Below, piece by piece: positions 12,401 through 25,689 of a DNA stretch of 64,000 nt. The position numbers and the translations under genes were made by a program. Each line of letters opens with the position of its first letter. Position 1 is the first letter of the stretch. The DNA is from Camelus dromedarius (Eukaryota): assembly GCF_036321535.1 (NCBI RefSeq), contig NC_087440.1:32178001-32242000 (forward strand), in the 5' to 3' direction. The notes below the pieces were generated by a model. It saw only the letters and a list, made by a program, of their open reading frames with translations. It did no database searches and was not told the origin of the DNA.

Positions 12401-12729
12401 TGGTAGGTGAGTTTGAGGTAGAAAACTGAGAAATTCCTCTTCAAAGGATTCTCACAACTGGGCTAGCGTAGCCTCTTAGGCTTAACTCCGCCTTTTTTTT
12501 TTTTTCTTCTTCACAGGATTGAGAAAGGTTTGTGTCCCTGCAGCCTTGGGAGTTGTTACAGGCTAAGGAGAAGGGATCTCGGTCCCTAGAAAGGGTCGCC
12601 CTCCTAGAGATAGCTACCCATGTATCTCAGGAGACTTTGGTGTTTCTAGAGCAGGCTTTGCTTTCACTAAACCCAAGGCGGTGACAGGAGGAGTCCCTGC
12701 ACAGGACTTAAGGATGCTGTGACCAGAAG

Positions 12730-15700
12730 ATGGGATCACGGAACAGCAGCAGCGCAGAAACTGGGTCCGGAGACCCCCCTGAGGGCTTGCCCCGAAGAGG
12801 GGCTGGCCTGCGTAGGAGTGAGGAAGAGGAAGAGGAGGATGAAGATGTGGATCTGGCCCAGGTACTGGCCTATCTCCTACGCAGGTAACTTACCCTCTGG
12901 TGTGTCCCCACCAGGCGCCACCACAGTCCCTTGATCCCAGCTCCTGTCAGGGAAGTTACAGAGAATAGGGAAGGGGATTAGCCCAGCACAGCTGTTCTGT
13001 TTGAGCTGGACACTCAGGGCACTCAGCTTTGTACCCAGTAAGAGTCGTTCTTGCCTAGGGAGGGTCAGCAAGACCCTCTTGTGTTTGAGGCGACCGTTCA
13101 GGGGAGTCTCTCTAGCTATGACTACACAAATATAACCTATTTTCTAAGTAAGTTAAAAAAAAAAAAAAACGAGCGGGACTGTGGTGGGAAAGGAGTGATG
13201 TGAGGGGTGCAGAGAAGAGTTGGGGAGGTGAGTGTTGAACTTTAGTGAAATTATTAATACATGATATGGGGCCATGTGGATTTACTGGAAAAACAAGTTT
13301 AAATTAACCTTACTCTAATCCTATTCTTGAGGAAAGAATGCTTTGAGGGAAGTGACCATCAGGAATTGACTGGAAAGGGATACAGCTGGCTTTGGTTCTT
13401 AGCTGTGGCTCCTTGGGGAGAAGACAAGCTTGGGGATCCCTTCAGGATACCATGTTCTATGCTGCACTCCTTGGGCAGAAGCTCAGAATTTTTAGCTCTC
13501 TGGGGAGTCAACTTAGTAGGTTGGTCAACATCATGCAATGTTGGGGTTTTCTACTCCCACTGTAAGAGAATGAGTTTCCTAGTGTGCCTTAATAGCAGGC
13601 TGAAAATAACAGCCAAGGTCTAGTGAGCTTCAAACCTCAAAATGGGGACAGTATGAGGGTTTGAGGACCAGCTCTAAGAACTAGATAGCCACTGACTCTG
13701 AATTTGGTTGGTTTGGGAAGGGATTCCTCCCCTTTATCATGGTGGGGGGGTCTCTCCACAGAGGCCAAGTGAGGTTGGTGCAGGGAGGAGGTGCAGCAAA
13801 TTTACAACTCATCCAGGCCCTCTCGGACTCGGAGGAAGAGCATGACAGTGCCTGGGACGGTCGTCTTGGAGACCGATACAACCCACCCGGTAAGAGGAAA
13901 GGCAGAGATCCTAACATCAGAAGACTTTTGTTAGAAAACCTTTTTTAAAAATTATTTTGGCCAAAACTGAAAGAAGATGAGATAATTCAGGGAATGAGGG
14001 AGTCTTTGCCACCCTGGTATAATCAGCCACATCAAGTGGGCTGAGCGCAGCTCTGCTAACTGTCCTCTGGGGCCAGAAGACCTAGGATGAAACTTGTCTT
14101 TGGTACTCACAGTGGATGCAACCCCCGACACCCGGGAGCTGGAATGCAATGAGATCAAGACACAAGTGGAATTGGCCACAGGGCGGCTAGGACTTAGGCG
14201 GATGGCCCGGGAGCACAGCTTTCCTCAAATGCTGCACCAGGTAGGCCTCTCTGCTTCCAGCCAGCCCGGCAGCAAGCCTATCAATGTAGCCAGAAGCTCT
14301 GCCAGTCCCAGAGGAGAGAGAAGTAAACTTTCCTAGAAGGCCTCAAGTGCTGGAACTGGAGAGCTTTTAGCCAACCTGCATCAGAGTTTGGTGGGATATA
14401 CTGCTGTGTGCGATGTTGGTTTCTGTATTGAGAGCAGTATCTTTGGAGGAGGGGGCGTGGTTGTGGCCTAAGTGGCCCTCTGTTTCTGCTAGCAATATTC
14501 CCCAATCTCTTCTTTTAGAGAGAACGGGGCCTCTGCCACCGGGGAAGCTTCTCCCTTGGAGAACGGTCTCGAGTGATGTCTCAGTGAGTATGGAGTTTGG
14601 TGGAGAGATTCCATGGGCCAGATAGGTCTCATCTCCTAAACTTTGAAAGGATCAGCATTAAAGGGTCCACAGGGATATTAAGGTTAGATTAAATGGGGTT
14701 GAGGCTTTGAAAGTAAACGAAGTGGAAAAGTATGGCATTGAGAGGACAATAGAAGGAATGAAAGAAAGGGGATTGTACCCAGAGCCAAAGGGAAGAATGC
14801 CCTTGAACTCACGTCCAGTTCTGTTAGGATTCTGCTAACCGGGACACTCCCATTCTGAGCTCCCTTTACCCTCATTTTCCCTCTGCTTCCCCAGCTTCTT
14901 GCCCAACGATCTGGCCTTCACTGATACCTACTCTCAGAAGGCTTTCTGTGGCATCTACAGCAAAGATGGTCAAATCTTCATGTCTGCTTGCCAAGGTAAC
15001 AGATCTTTGTCCTACAGACTGCCCTAGAACAAGAGATACACCCCGTGGCTGAGGCTGGAAAGCCTCAGACCCAGGGAGCTCAGACCCTGGCATAGGGCTG
15101 CTTAGCCAGAACAACTTCCCACGATCAAGGGATGATTCCACAAATACACCAAGTGAGAGAGATCTGAGTTAGGGAGGATTCCAGGAGGGTGTTCCCTAAT
15201 TCTGCCTGATCCCCACTTACACAGACCAGACAATCCGACTGTATGACTGCCGGTATGGCCGCTTTCGTAAATTCAAGAGCATCAAGGCCCGGGATGTAGG
15301 CTGGAGCGTCTTGGATGTGGCCTTCACCCCTGATGGGAACCATTTCCTTTACTCCAGCTGGTCTGATTATAGTGAGTATGCCCCAGACCTCCACTGTTTC
15401 TCCAGCCTGAGACCTGAGATCTCCAAACACCTATCTCTGTGCCAGTTCTCCATGCCTTCTCCTAGGAAGGTCACTGCCATGGTCTGACATCCTTGCCCTG
15501 TGTTTCATTCCCCTCCCTAGCTTCTCTCCCATCCTTCCTACCCCAACCCTGAAAGATTCTTGTTTCTCTTGCTTCTCTTAGTTCATATCTGCAACATCTA
15601 CGGGGAGGGAGACACACACACTGCCCTGGATCTAAGGTACTGGATTCCCTTCCTGGTCAGACTCATCAGAATCTTCTCAAGGAAGGCTCTCCGGGAGCAA

Positions 15701-18700
15701 ACCTCTTAAACCCGAACTTCCACTTAGAGGGAAAAGTACACTGGTTGCAAGTTTCTCTGTGGATTCCTGGGAGGGAATCACCCATCCTGTCAGCCAGCCA
15801 GAGGACCAGGGTAAAATAGACAGCTGCAGGATTCTTCCCAGGTTCTTACTGAGGTGCTCCACGTTCTGGTGTGTGCTGGCCGGACTTCTCGTCCCCTTGG
15901 AAGTGTGCCTCATGGCCCTCATCAGATTTTGTGTCAGTTTATGACGGCTGAAAGGAAGTCCATTTGACACAGCTCCTCCTTTGCTCTTTTCAGGCCAGAT
16001 GAGAGACGCTTTGCTGTCTTCTCCATCGCTGTCTCTTCAGATGGACGAGAAGTCCTCGGAGGGTGAGTGTTTGTGGGGATGTCTGCCTCACTTAATGGGA
16101 CTGGATATCTCTCAGAGACCAGCTCTGCTGCTACAGAGGCTGCACTGGACACATGTACCCAGGCGACTGTGGAGAACACCCAGGCTTTCTCCAGGGTCAG
16201 GGTTTATGAGTTGCTTCACCTCTTGTTCACCCTTCACCCAGCATAAGATGGGAGGTCTCAAACCTCCTGGCAAACACAGCTGACCCTTCTCCCATCTTCT
16301 GTTTAAGAAGGAACAAGGGCTTGCCCCTCCTCAGGGCTTCTCTGCAGCTTCCCCAGAACACATACAGCCTTGGTCCTCTTGGTGTTGGCTCCAGAGCCCT
16401 TTTTATCCCCTCCCTTTCAGGGCCAATGATGGCTGCCTGTATGTCTTTGATCGAGAACAGAACCGGCGTACCCTTCAGGTATTGCTTCCGAGACTTCGAG
16501 CCTCTGCCTCCTGGCTCTTGGCCTATTGGAAGACCTAGAAAGAGATCATAGGCATCCTGGCCTCTTTCTCCCCTAGATTGAGTCCCATGAGGATGATGTG
16601 AACGCAGTGGCCTTTGCTGACATAAGCTCCCAAATCCTGTTCTCTGGTGGTGACGACGCCATCTGCAAAGTGTGGGATCGACGCACTATGCGGGAAGATG
16701 ACCCCAAGCCCGTGGGCGCACTGGCTGGACACCAGGACGGCATCACCTTCATTGACAGCAAGGTGGGCCTGGAGGCAGGACCACACAGCCAGGCTACTGA
16801 GGTTCTGGTTCTCCAGGAGGGCATCAAAGTGGATGGGTGTGGGAATTCACCAGGCTCCTCATTAGCCAAGGTTTGCAAGAGGTGGAGTTTAGGGAAGAGG
16901 CTTAAGCCAGGAAACGTGAGATCCATTGGTATCTGCCACTCCTCCAGAAGCAGAGCAGGGCTTTCTGTACAAGAAAAGTAGAAGACAGTCTGATCCAGGA
17001 TAGACAAGGAGTCCAGCCAGCACCCTGGGCAAAGAAAGGGAAACTCTGCCAGGGGTAGAGGTCTGTGGTGAGGCCCGTTTGGATAAAGAAAGAGGCAACC
17101 AAAGTTAAAGGATTGGTGTTCTTACCTGTCAGCTGGGGAAAGGGAGCTGGACTGACAGACACCGACATTTGCAAGCTCCGATGCTTCATTATCCATCTTG
17201 GGATTCACAGGGTGATGCCCGGTATCTCATCTCCAACTCCAAGGACCAGACCATCAAGCTCTGGGATATACGGCGCTTTTCTAGCCGGGAAGGCATGGAA
17301 GCCTCGCGCCAGGCTGCCACACAGCAAAACTGGGACTACCGCTGGCAGCAGGTGCCCAAAAAAGGTGAGAGTGGAAGTAGAACCTGAGATCCTGAGAGTG
17401 CAGGGCCGGGGGTGGTAGCTAAAATATTTAAGCCCTGTTCAGGCTTGGCATGGGCACAGTGGATGGGGCTGTAGCCTGGAGCCAAAGTTCTGGAGACCTC
17501 CCCTGACACTCCCTTGCCAAGCTTTTGATAACTCTGTGTTTGCTGAACTGTGGGAGAGCCAGGGGTTCCCAGTGCACAGGCTGGGGATCACTCAGAACCA
17601 AGGAGTACAAAAGTATTTCAGGGTCTTAACAACCAGCAGAGCTCTGTTGGTGAATATCAGCTGACTATTAGGAGGGGAAAGAGCCACCAGTTGGGAATTG
17701 GAAAGGTGATTGTCCGTGAGCATTGATCTTTGCTAAGGACCAGTGATACGGAGAATTCAGACTCCCTAACCTAGGGCTCGCCCTGCATCCCTACCCAGCT
17801 TGGCGGAAGCTGAAGCTCCCAGGGGACAGTTCCTTGATGACCTACCGGGGCCACGGGGTGCTGCACACCCTCATCCGCTGCCGATTCTCCCCTGCCCATA
17901 GCACCGGCCAGCAGTTCATCTACAGTGGCTGCTCCACCGGCAAAGTGGTCGGTAAGGATTGTGTCAGAACTGGGGGCCTCAGGAAGGGCAGGAAGGTTTC
18001 TCTGGCATTCCTCCTGTAGCCACTAGTGACCACCTTAAAAAAAAACCAGTGACACCTACAAGTGAAATTTAATTTAGCCTGGGGCAAGAGAGGCTTAACC
18101 AGAGAAATAGAAAACATTCTACTCATCNNNNNNNNNNNNNNNNNNNNNNNNNNNNNNNNNNNNNNNNNNNNNNNNNNNNNNNNNNNNNNNNNNNNNNNNN
18201 NNNNNNNNNNNNNNNNNNNNNNNNNNNNNNNNNNNNNNNNNNNNNNNNNNNNNNNNNNNNNNNNNGAGATACTGGGACTTGAACCCAGGACCTCATGCAT
18301 GCTAAGCATGTGCTCTACCACTGAACTATACCCACCCCCTCTCCGTCAACATTTTAAATTAAGAAAAGGAACCTAGAATTCTAGTCAGTGAATATAATCA
18401 ATTACTAAAAATATACTCAGCTCTGTTTTTTAGCCAGTTGAGGGAAGAGATTGCAGATGAAAGGTAGGTGGAAACAGAGACAAAAAGAATGAAACACAAA
18501 GACACAGCATTTAGTAAAGGGTGTTGTACAGCCACTGAAGCAGGGTGACTGCACGAAAAGAAACACAAACACAGCCACAGGTCGAAGGAGTCTAAGACAG
18601 TTCCACGCCCAGGGAGGCCTCAGATGGAGGCCCATCCAGGGAGAGAGGAAGGTACACCCACATGCAGATAAGGGACAGCGGGTTCACACGTCTGTGTAGA

Positions 18701-19371
18701 CAGCCCATTGTTCACTTTTGTGGTGCCTTCCATAGCTCGTGGGCTTTTCAAAAATTGCTTCTAAAAACTAAAGCCACATTGCATTTTCTTAACTATAGAT
18801 CTTGTGAAATTTAGCTAAGGGCCAGAGACACCCAAGCTCTGCTAGACCATACCCTCAACCCGAGGTAGGGAAAAGAAACTGAGAAGTAACACCATCCTCG
18901 GATGTGGGCTTTGCTTCCCTGGACAAGTGGGAAGTTGCCTGGGGGGCGGGTAAGTGGTGCTGTGCAGGGAGAGATGAGGGGTAGCTCACAGGTCTTCTGG
19001 CAGCCCCTCTCCACTCTGGCCTTTCCTGGACAGTGTACAACCTCCTGAGTGGCCACATCGTGAAGAAGCTGACCAACCACAAGGCCTGTGTGCGTGACGT
19101 CAGCTGGCACCCCTTCGAGGAGAAGATTGTTAGCAGTTCGGTGAGGATGCTGGGGTCGGGGGGACAGTGTGTGTCTGGGAGATGGACCTGGGAGGGGGCA
19201 GTGCCCCCTGACTACTTGCCCCCTTCTTCCCTGCAGTGGGATGGCCACCTGCGTCTGTGGCAGTACCGCCAGGCTGAGTACTTCCAGGATGACATGCCAG
19301 AGTCTGAGGAACACCCTAGCACCCTTGCGTCAACGCCCCACCCCTCTGCAGCCTTTTCCTCGCCCCAGTAG
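12730..19371 (+). CDS. DCAF11: DDB1- and CUL4-associated factor 11 (WDR23), 546 aa, 14 coding exons
   Basis: Exons 12730-12884, 13762-13889, 14113-14240, 14519-14583, 14895-14995, 15225-15371, 15582-15636, 15994-16062, 16421-16478, 16577-16762, 17211-17364, 17799-17951, 19034-19140, 19237-19371; total 1641 nt. Starts MGSRNSSSA, contains WD40 repeats (HEDDVNAVAF, ICKVWDRR, TIKLWDIRR), ends FSSPQ. AATAAA at 20075-20080. Confidence 0.98.
18266..18340 (-). mobile_element. Vic-1-like SINE head in a DCAF11 intron, tail lost in the adjacent gap
   Basis: Reverse complement of TATAGTTCAGTGGTAGAGCACATGCTTAGCATGCATGAGGTCCTGGGTTCAAGTCCCAGTATCTC; abuts N run 18128-18265. Confidence 0.85.
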
Positions 19372-20624
19372 ATCTGACCTCCAGCCCCATTCATGGGTGA
19401 GCCTCTCGACAAGCTCTCCGCCTCCTCCTCCCTTTCTCCCTTCTGGGGGATCTTTGGGGAGTCACTGGCAGTGGATGGGGAGAAACAGAAGCTCAGGCTT
19501 CAGGAGCCCTGGGAGATCCTCCCCTGGGGGTAGAGTGGTCTCCTCATGTGTTGACACCCAGCTTGGGTTTGGGTGGCTATCTCTGGCCTGAGTCTGGCAG
19601 GATTGCCATTATCTGGGGTGTGGCCTTTGTCAGCAGGAGAACTGTCCTGAGTGTTTTTAATCATGTTTGGGTGTCAAGTGTAAGCTCCTAGAGTAGATGC
19701 CTGGGGCCGGGTCTGAAGTGAGCCGTCAGCCAGCCCAAAGCCCAGGCCTTCACGTTGAGGATTAGACCTGCCAATCAGAGGGCCAGGTGTTCTGGTCTTC
19801 TTCCTTAGGTCCCACTGGCTAGAGCTCTAGCCCCTCAGGGGAGGGTGTGATGGGTAAGGTGTGTCCTCAGCACCCTCCTGGGGTGGGAATTACGTCTTCT
19901 CTCTCTTGCATCTGGGTCTTTGGGGTAGGACAAGCTGTGGTGTGAGAGGCTTCATGTGGCCCCACACAGCACAGCCCACCCGTCCCAGAGTGTTCCATCC
20001 CATCAGAGCCAGCAGCTTCAAGGAGGGATGGTGAGGTAGGACTCCTTCGTCCTCTCACTGGCTTTGGCTCCCTCAATAAACTCTCTGTGGGAACCTGGTT
20101 CAGTGTCTGCCTATCTCTCTCTTTTTCCTGTCTGAGGTCTTTTATCCTGTCACTTCAAGAAAATAGTTTCAGCAGAGCCTTCAGATATGCTCCTGTATGG
20201 GAGAAAATACAGCTTTGATGCCCCAAGATGAAGGGAAATACCAACATCATTTGTTAACTGAGCTTTGCAACAGGCAGTTAGTCCCTCACCAACCTCAGAA
20301 ACTTGCCAGCAAGTAGAACTCGAGATAGCAGGAAATAAGCACGTTTTAGATTAGATCCTGGAACACCCGCCTCAGCTCTGCCCTGGGGCGGGTCCAGTCT
20401 ACCCTGAGAAGTAGCCCAGAGCCAAAGAGAACCGAGTGGGCACTGATGCAGGCCCTGTCCAGGCATTTCACAGCTAGGAGCTCATCCACCCTCACAGCCA
20501 CCCTTTTTTTTTTTTAACAGGTAAGGACATGGAGATGTGCAGAGGTCAGGCACCAAGGAGCAGACCCATGGTGTGGGCAGTAGGGGAGCTTGAGTTCACA
20601 TGCTGCTCAATTACCCATTATCTC

Positions 20625-21560
20625 TAAGGCAGTTTTCAAACCAGGATACACACCTCCAGGGGTTTTTAAAGACACTGCATAGGGTTAAAAGATGTACCCA
20701 TTTTAACAGTGAAACAGGTCATTTTAAAAGAATAGTCCAGATACCCAGCCTCCATGTGCTCTCTTTCCTTCAACTGATCTACCTGTGTGACACTGTCAGG
20801 CCAGATCTCCTTCCCCATCCTAGAGATGCCACCCATCTTACCCAGAACTGTATTACCTCCAGGGTGCCAAAGGTAAAGGCAAATTTCTTCACCCTAGAGA
20901 TGCCACCCATCTTACCCAGAACTGTATTACCTCCAGGGTGCCAAAGGTAAAGGCAAATTAAAATTATTAGTGTCCTCAAAGCCTCATTTAATTAAGGCCC
21001 CAAGGACCAACCGTTCTTCTCATTAAGAGATGTATTTCCAATACAATTTTAGTTTATTATTAATTATCAAACTGTGTGAAATGTTTGTTGTACTAATTAT
21101 ACATTTTGTACTATTAACAATTTTAAAATTTGTACTACTAACAATATATGAAAATTCAATCTGGAAGAGAAAAAAATTCACTTTTAGGGCTTTATGATCA
21201 CAGGAAATGTGTAAAAATTGTTTCAAATTTGTATACTTTTTGCAGAGAAGTATAATCAATAAAAGACTTCCAGGCATAAAAACATTAGAATAAATTCTCT
21301 GGGGAAAGTAGGATGGAAACATAATTTCTGACTATTAAGATCTTGTCACGTGTTTTTTAAATAGATGATGGTGAAGTATAGAATCACTTGTGTTTAGATT
21401 CTATGGATATATTTAAAAGAGTGATATAAATAGCTTTATTTTGGAAATGTCAGTATATACAATACACTGGAAATTATGTCCTTTGCAGCTATTTAAATTA
21501 CAATGAAAAATTTTGTGTCCACTTGAAAATGTGTGAGGGCTTCTATAGATCTCGTATAGG
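20625..21560. mobile_element. Old AT-rich DNA-transposon-like relic (hAT/Charlie?) containing a perfect 67-bp duplication
   Basis: GCAGTTTTCAAAC is a hAT-like terminus; the body is AT-rich and decayed. Family assignment is not secure. Confidence 0.4.
20819..20959 (+). repeat. Perfect 67-bp direct repeat x2 (period 74)
   Basis: CCTAGAGATGCC...GGCAAATT at 20819-20885 and 20893-20959. Confidence 0.95.
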
Positions 21561-22445
21561 GTCCATGTCAAGGTATGGGCTGTAGGACCTGGAAGGATCC
21601 TGATGGGTTCATCCCTCGGTTTGCAGATGAGGGCACTGAGGACCAAGGAGGGTTAATTGATTTTCCCAAAGCCACAGAGTTGGGCCCAGAAGCCAAGTGT
21701 CCTTTTTTTGCTCATTCCTTTCACTACTTCTTGGGCCTCCACTGTGCTCTGAAATCCCTCCCCAGTTTTGAGGAATGAGGGAGGAAGACAAAAAGGGATC
21801 TCAAAGCAATTACTGAGTAACAGGGACTTCTCTTGGGTAGGTTGCTCGCCACCCTATGGCTCCAGCCCCAGCGGTCAGGCTGAGAGTCCAAGTTTTACAT
21901 GCAGCTAAGGCCCAGGGAAACTGGGGACACAACCTAAGGTTTCGATGGACTCCAGGCTGGGGGTTTTCCTTCTGGAGTCTCCTCCGCTTCCTGTCACCTG
22001 GGTGTAAACCTGATCTTTGGGGCATTGAGAGTCCAACCTGGGTTGGGTGGGGGTGACTTTGGCTTACCAAACAGAGACAGGCAAACCCAAGCAGGCTGTG
22101 GACAAAAACAATCCTGAACAGCAGGCGTGGCCCTGAAACATGAACTAGAACATGGTTTGAGCTGGGGACAGAAACCTAGAGGGTCTAGAGGACACAGGAC
22201 TAATAAGGGAGGACACAGGCTGCTGTCAGGACACATACCCGAGGCAAGAACCCTGTTGACGTGGCAGTCCTCTGCCCTGGCCCCTTACTGCCCCCCGCCC
22301 CTCTCCCTCGCCTGCCAGCTGCCAACAGGGCTCTGCCCTGTGTCTGCCACACCTGTCACTGCCTGTCCTTGTCTGGTGGGGGGGGGGCATCAGCCCCTCC
22401 TCAGCTGCCCAGCAGAACAAGCCGTTAGTGGGGAGGGGAGGGAAC

Positions 22446-23710
22446 ATGGAGAGGGGGCCGGTGGTGGGGGCAGGGCCCAGGGCCGGGGCCCAGATCCGGT
22501 CACTGCTGGGCTGCTTGGTTAAGGTGCTGCTCTGGGTGGCCTCTGCCTTGCTGTACTTTGGAAGTGAACAGGCCGCCCGCCTCCTGGGCAGCCCCTGCTT
22601 ACGGCGCCTCTACCACGCCTGGTTGGCAGCAGTGGTCATCTTCGGGCCCCTTCTGCAGTTCCATGTCAATCCTCGGACCATCTTCGCCAGCCACGGCAAC
22701 TTCTTCAACATGTGAGTCCATTCGAGGCTGTGGGCGCCCAGCGGCTCCCTGGGCTCTAGGATCCCAGCTCCCTCCTTAAGGTTTCTGTCCTCCTGCCAGT
22801 CCAGGACACTAAAAATACGCTAGGAGGTTGAGGAGAAGGTCAGAGGGGGGAGGGGAACAGAGTCATGGGGGTACAGGAGCAGGGCCAAAGAGAAAACATG
22901 GACCCTAGAAGGCTGAATGGGCCTCTAAGGAGATGGCCAATTTTAAGTGGATGGGGGCCGGGTGGGTCGAGGGCAGAGGAAACAGAGAACCAGTGCTGCT
23001 ATTTGGGACCAGAGGCAAGTCCTGATGGGAACACAGAGCAGGGTGGGGAGATGGGGCTCAGAGGGTCTCAGAAGCCTTCCCTCTTCTCTGCCCACAGAAA
23101 GTTTGTAAATTCAGCGTGGGGCTGGACATGCACCTTCCTGGGGGGCTTCGTCTTGCTGGTGGTGTTCCTGGCTACACGGCGTGTGGCAGTGACTGCCCGG
23201 CACCTGAGCCGGCTGGTGGTGGGGGCAGCTGTGTGGCGGGGAGCCGGCCGGGCCTTCTTGCTCATCGAGGACCTGACCGGCTCCTGCTTTGAGCCTCTGC
23301 CCCAGGGCCTGCTGCTCCACGAGCTGCCTGACCGCCGCAGCTGCCTGGCAGCCGGCCACCAGTGGCGGGGCTATACCGTCTCCTCCCACACCTTCCTGCT
23401 CACCTTCTGCTGCCTCCTCATGGCTGAGGAGGCGGCAGTGTTCGCCAAGTACCTGGCCCACGGGCTGCCGGCCGGCGCGCCCCTGCGCCTCGTCTTCCTG
23501 CTCAACGTGCTGCTGCTGGGCCTCTGGAACTTCTTGCTGCTCTGTACCGTCATCTATTTCCACCAGTACACTCACAAGGTGGTGGGCGCCGCCGTGGGCA
23601 CCTTTGCCTGGTACCTTACCTACGGCAGCTGGTATCATCAGCCCTGGTCTCCAGGGAGCCCGGGCCATGGGCTCTTCCCTCGCCCCCACTCCAGCCACAA
23701 GCATAACTGA
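22446..23710 (+). CDS. FITM1: Fat storage-inducing transmembrane protein 1, 292 aa, 2 exons
   Basis: Exons 22446-22711 and 23098-23710 (879 nt). MERGPVVGAG...HGNFFNI|KFVNSAWGWT...GYTVSSHTFLLTFCCLLMAEE (FIT signature)...SHKHN*. AATAAA at 23715-23720. Confidence 0.98.
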
Positions 23711-24249
23711 AAGAAATAAAGGCACATCAGGCCTGGCTCTGGCTTCGCTCATCATTTGGTTGGTGGACCTGCAAAGGGTGGGAAGGATGAAAAGAGAGTC
23801 TTGTTGTCACCAGGATTCCTCAGCCATTCCTTGCTGTCACTGACCTTGAGTGTCCTTGTACTTGGTCGCTTTCCCTCCAGCTACCCTTTCAGTCTCCTAG
23901 TTCTTGCAGACTTCAAGCTATCTGGGGTTCTGATGTCAAGGACAAGCACCGCTAGGGCAGGTAACAGTGCCCTTAGGTATGGGCGGCATTCCTGCTGAGT
24001 AGATGCTCCATCTCCAGCCTGATTGATCTGGTTTTCCTGCCTCCACCACTGAATCTCCCCTCTGCCATCCTTAGAGGCACCCTACTTAGGGACCCTTCCT
24101 ACCCTGTCTTCCTGTAGGGGGCTCTATGTGTGCTCTTTAACTGATGTTCATTGAGCCAAGCATAGTTCCATGCCATGTGGTAAGACAAAGTTTCTGCCAT
24201 TTGGGACTCATGGGCTACTAGGGGAGGGAGACGATAAACTCACAAATAA

Positions 24250-24490
24250 AAATAGCAAACACTTATATTGTGCTTATTCTGTGCCTGGCACCATTCTAAG
24301 TGTCTCTAAGTTCTTTATATAAATTCACATTATTTAGCCCTCACAACAACAACACTGTGAGGTAGCTTTGGTAGTGTTCCCATCGTACAATTGTGAAAAC
24401 AGAGGTACAGAGGTTAAGTAACTTTTTCACAGCTAGTAAATATCAGAGCCAGAATTAACCCAGGCAGTATGGGTCCATGGTCTGTGCTCT
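24250..24490 (-). mobile_element. MIR SINE
   Basis: CCCTCACAACAAC...GAGGTAG...ACAGAGGTACAGAGGTTAAGTAAC MIR core. Further MIRs lie near 2375-2550, 6340-6510, 21560-21700, 33430-33670 and 58760-58940. Confidence 0.7.
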
Positions 24491-24494
24491 AAAT

Positions 24495-24952
24495 CAGGGA
24501 TCAGCAAACGACAGCCCTCCTGTGGCCAGTGTTTGTATGGCCTGAGAGCTAAGAAATGGTTTCACATTTTTTAATGGTTGAAAAAAAAATCAAAGAATAT
24601 GTTTTTAAAATTTTTTACTGAAGTGTTGATTTACAATGTTTCAGGTATACAGCAAAGTGAGTCAGTTACACATATATATACATACATATTTTATCTTTTC
24701 AGATTATTTTCCATTAGATGTTATTACAAGAAATTGAATATAGTTCCCTGTGGTCCCTGTTGTGAAGAATATTTCATGACATGAAATTCAAGTGCCAGTG
24801 TCCATAAAGTTTTATAGGAACCAGCCATGCTAATTCATTTAGGTATAGCTGTTAACCTGCTGCAATGGTAGAGTTGAGTAGTTGCTATAGGCACTGTATA
24901 GCCCACAAAGCATAAAATATTTACTATCTGGTCTTTTACAGAAAAGACCCTG
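24495..24952. mobile_element. hAT-Charlie non-autonomous DNA transposon (MER58-like) with a nested L1 3' fragment at 24601-24764
   Basis: CAGGGATCAGCAAAC...ACCCTG termini; degenerate 8-bp TSD CTCTAAAT/ATCTAAAC. The nested L1 piece is flanked by the TSD AAGAATAT (24593-24600 and 24765-24772). Confidence 0.75.
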
Positions 24953-25059
24953 ATCTAAACCAACCCCTGATCTAAACCACGCTATCCTCAAAAAATAAAC
25001 TGGCTAATATCAGAGAGAGAGCTGTGAAGGTACTAAAACAGACTGCTTTCTAATAGACT

Positions 25060-25480
25060 TGGAGGGAGTTACTTTATAAGGAAGATAGAGTTCTCCCTGA
25101 AGAAGTGACATTTAAGCTGAGAATAGAATGACGTCCTGAGGCAGCAGAAGGGTGTGTCAGGCAAAGGGATTAACGAGAGCAAAAGTCCTGAAGCACGAAT
25201 GAATGTGACACTGACAGGTTTGAGTACAAATGGAAAGCCCAGGTATATGTAAGTAAAATGAAAGCAGTGGAAAGTGAACTGCAAGGGGAACAGGTGCCAG
25301 GCAGGCCTTTTGGGCCAGGAAAGTCCTCTGGATTTCGTTCTAAGGTCAACAGGAAGCTGAGAAAGTTTTGAGCAAGAGAAAGGTGGAATCCCACTGCTGT
25401 GTGGAGAGTGGATTACAAAAGAATGGAATCCTCAAGGGTCAGAAGAGAGCTGCCTGGGGCCCGTGATGGGGTGGTGCTGG
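25060..25480 (-). mobile_element. L2 fragment (antisense)
   Basis: GAAGAAGTGACATTTAAGCTGAG and related L2 motifs. Similar L2 pieces lie near 31700-32090, 38150-38520, 42570-43100 and 57890-58330. Confidence 0.55.
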
Positions 25481-25689
25481 AGTCTGAGTGTCACTATATG
25501 GGCCCGTGGACCCAGGGGTCCACGCTGGCAGGGCAAAGGGAGACCAGGTCTGGCTACACCACCGAGAAAAGAAGGAAGAGAACCAGATAAAGCTTGTCAC
25601 TGTCCCACGCCGAACAGGTAAAGACAAGAGCCAGAGGGCAGTCAGGGGGATGGAGAGATGGGAGGCGAGGAGTCCAGAGGCAGGCACTG

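Noticed and set aside
23111-23755. 214-aa minus-strand ORF and the 184-aa shifted plus-strand ORF (23289-23843)
   Set aside because: Shadows of FITM1 exon 2 codon bias.
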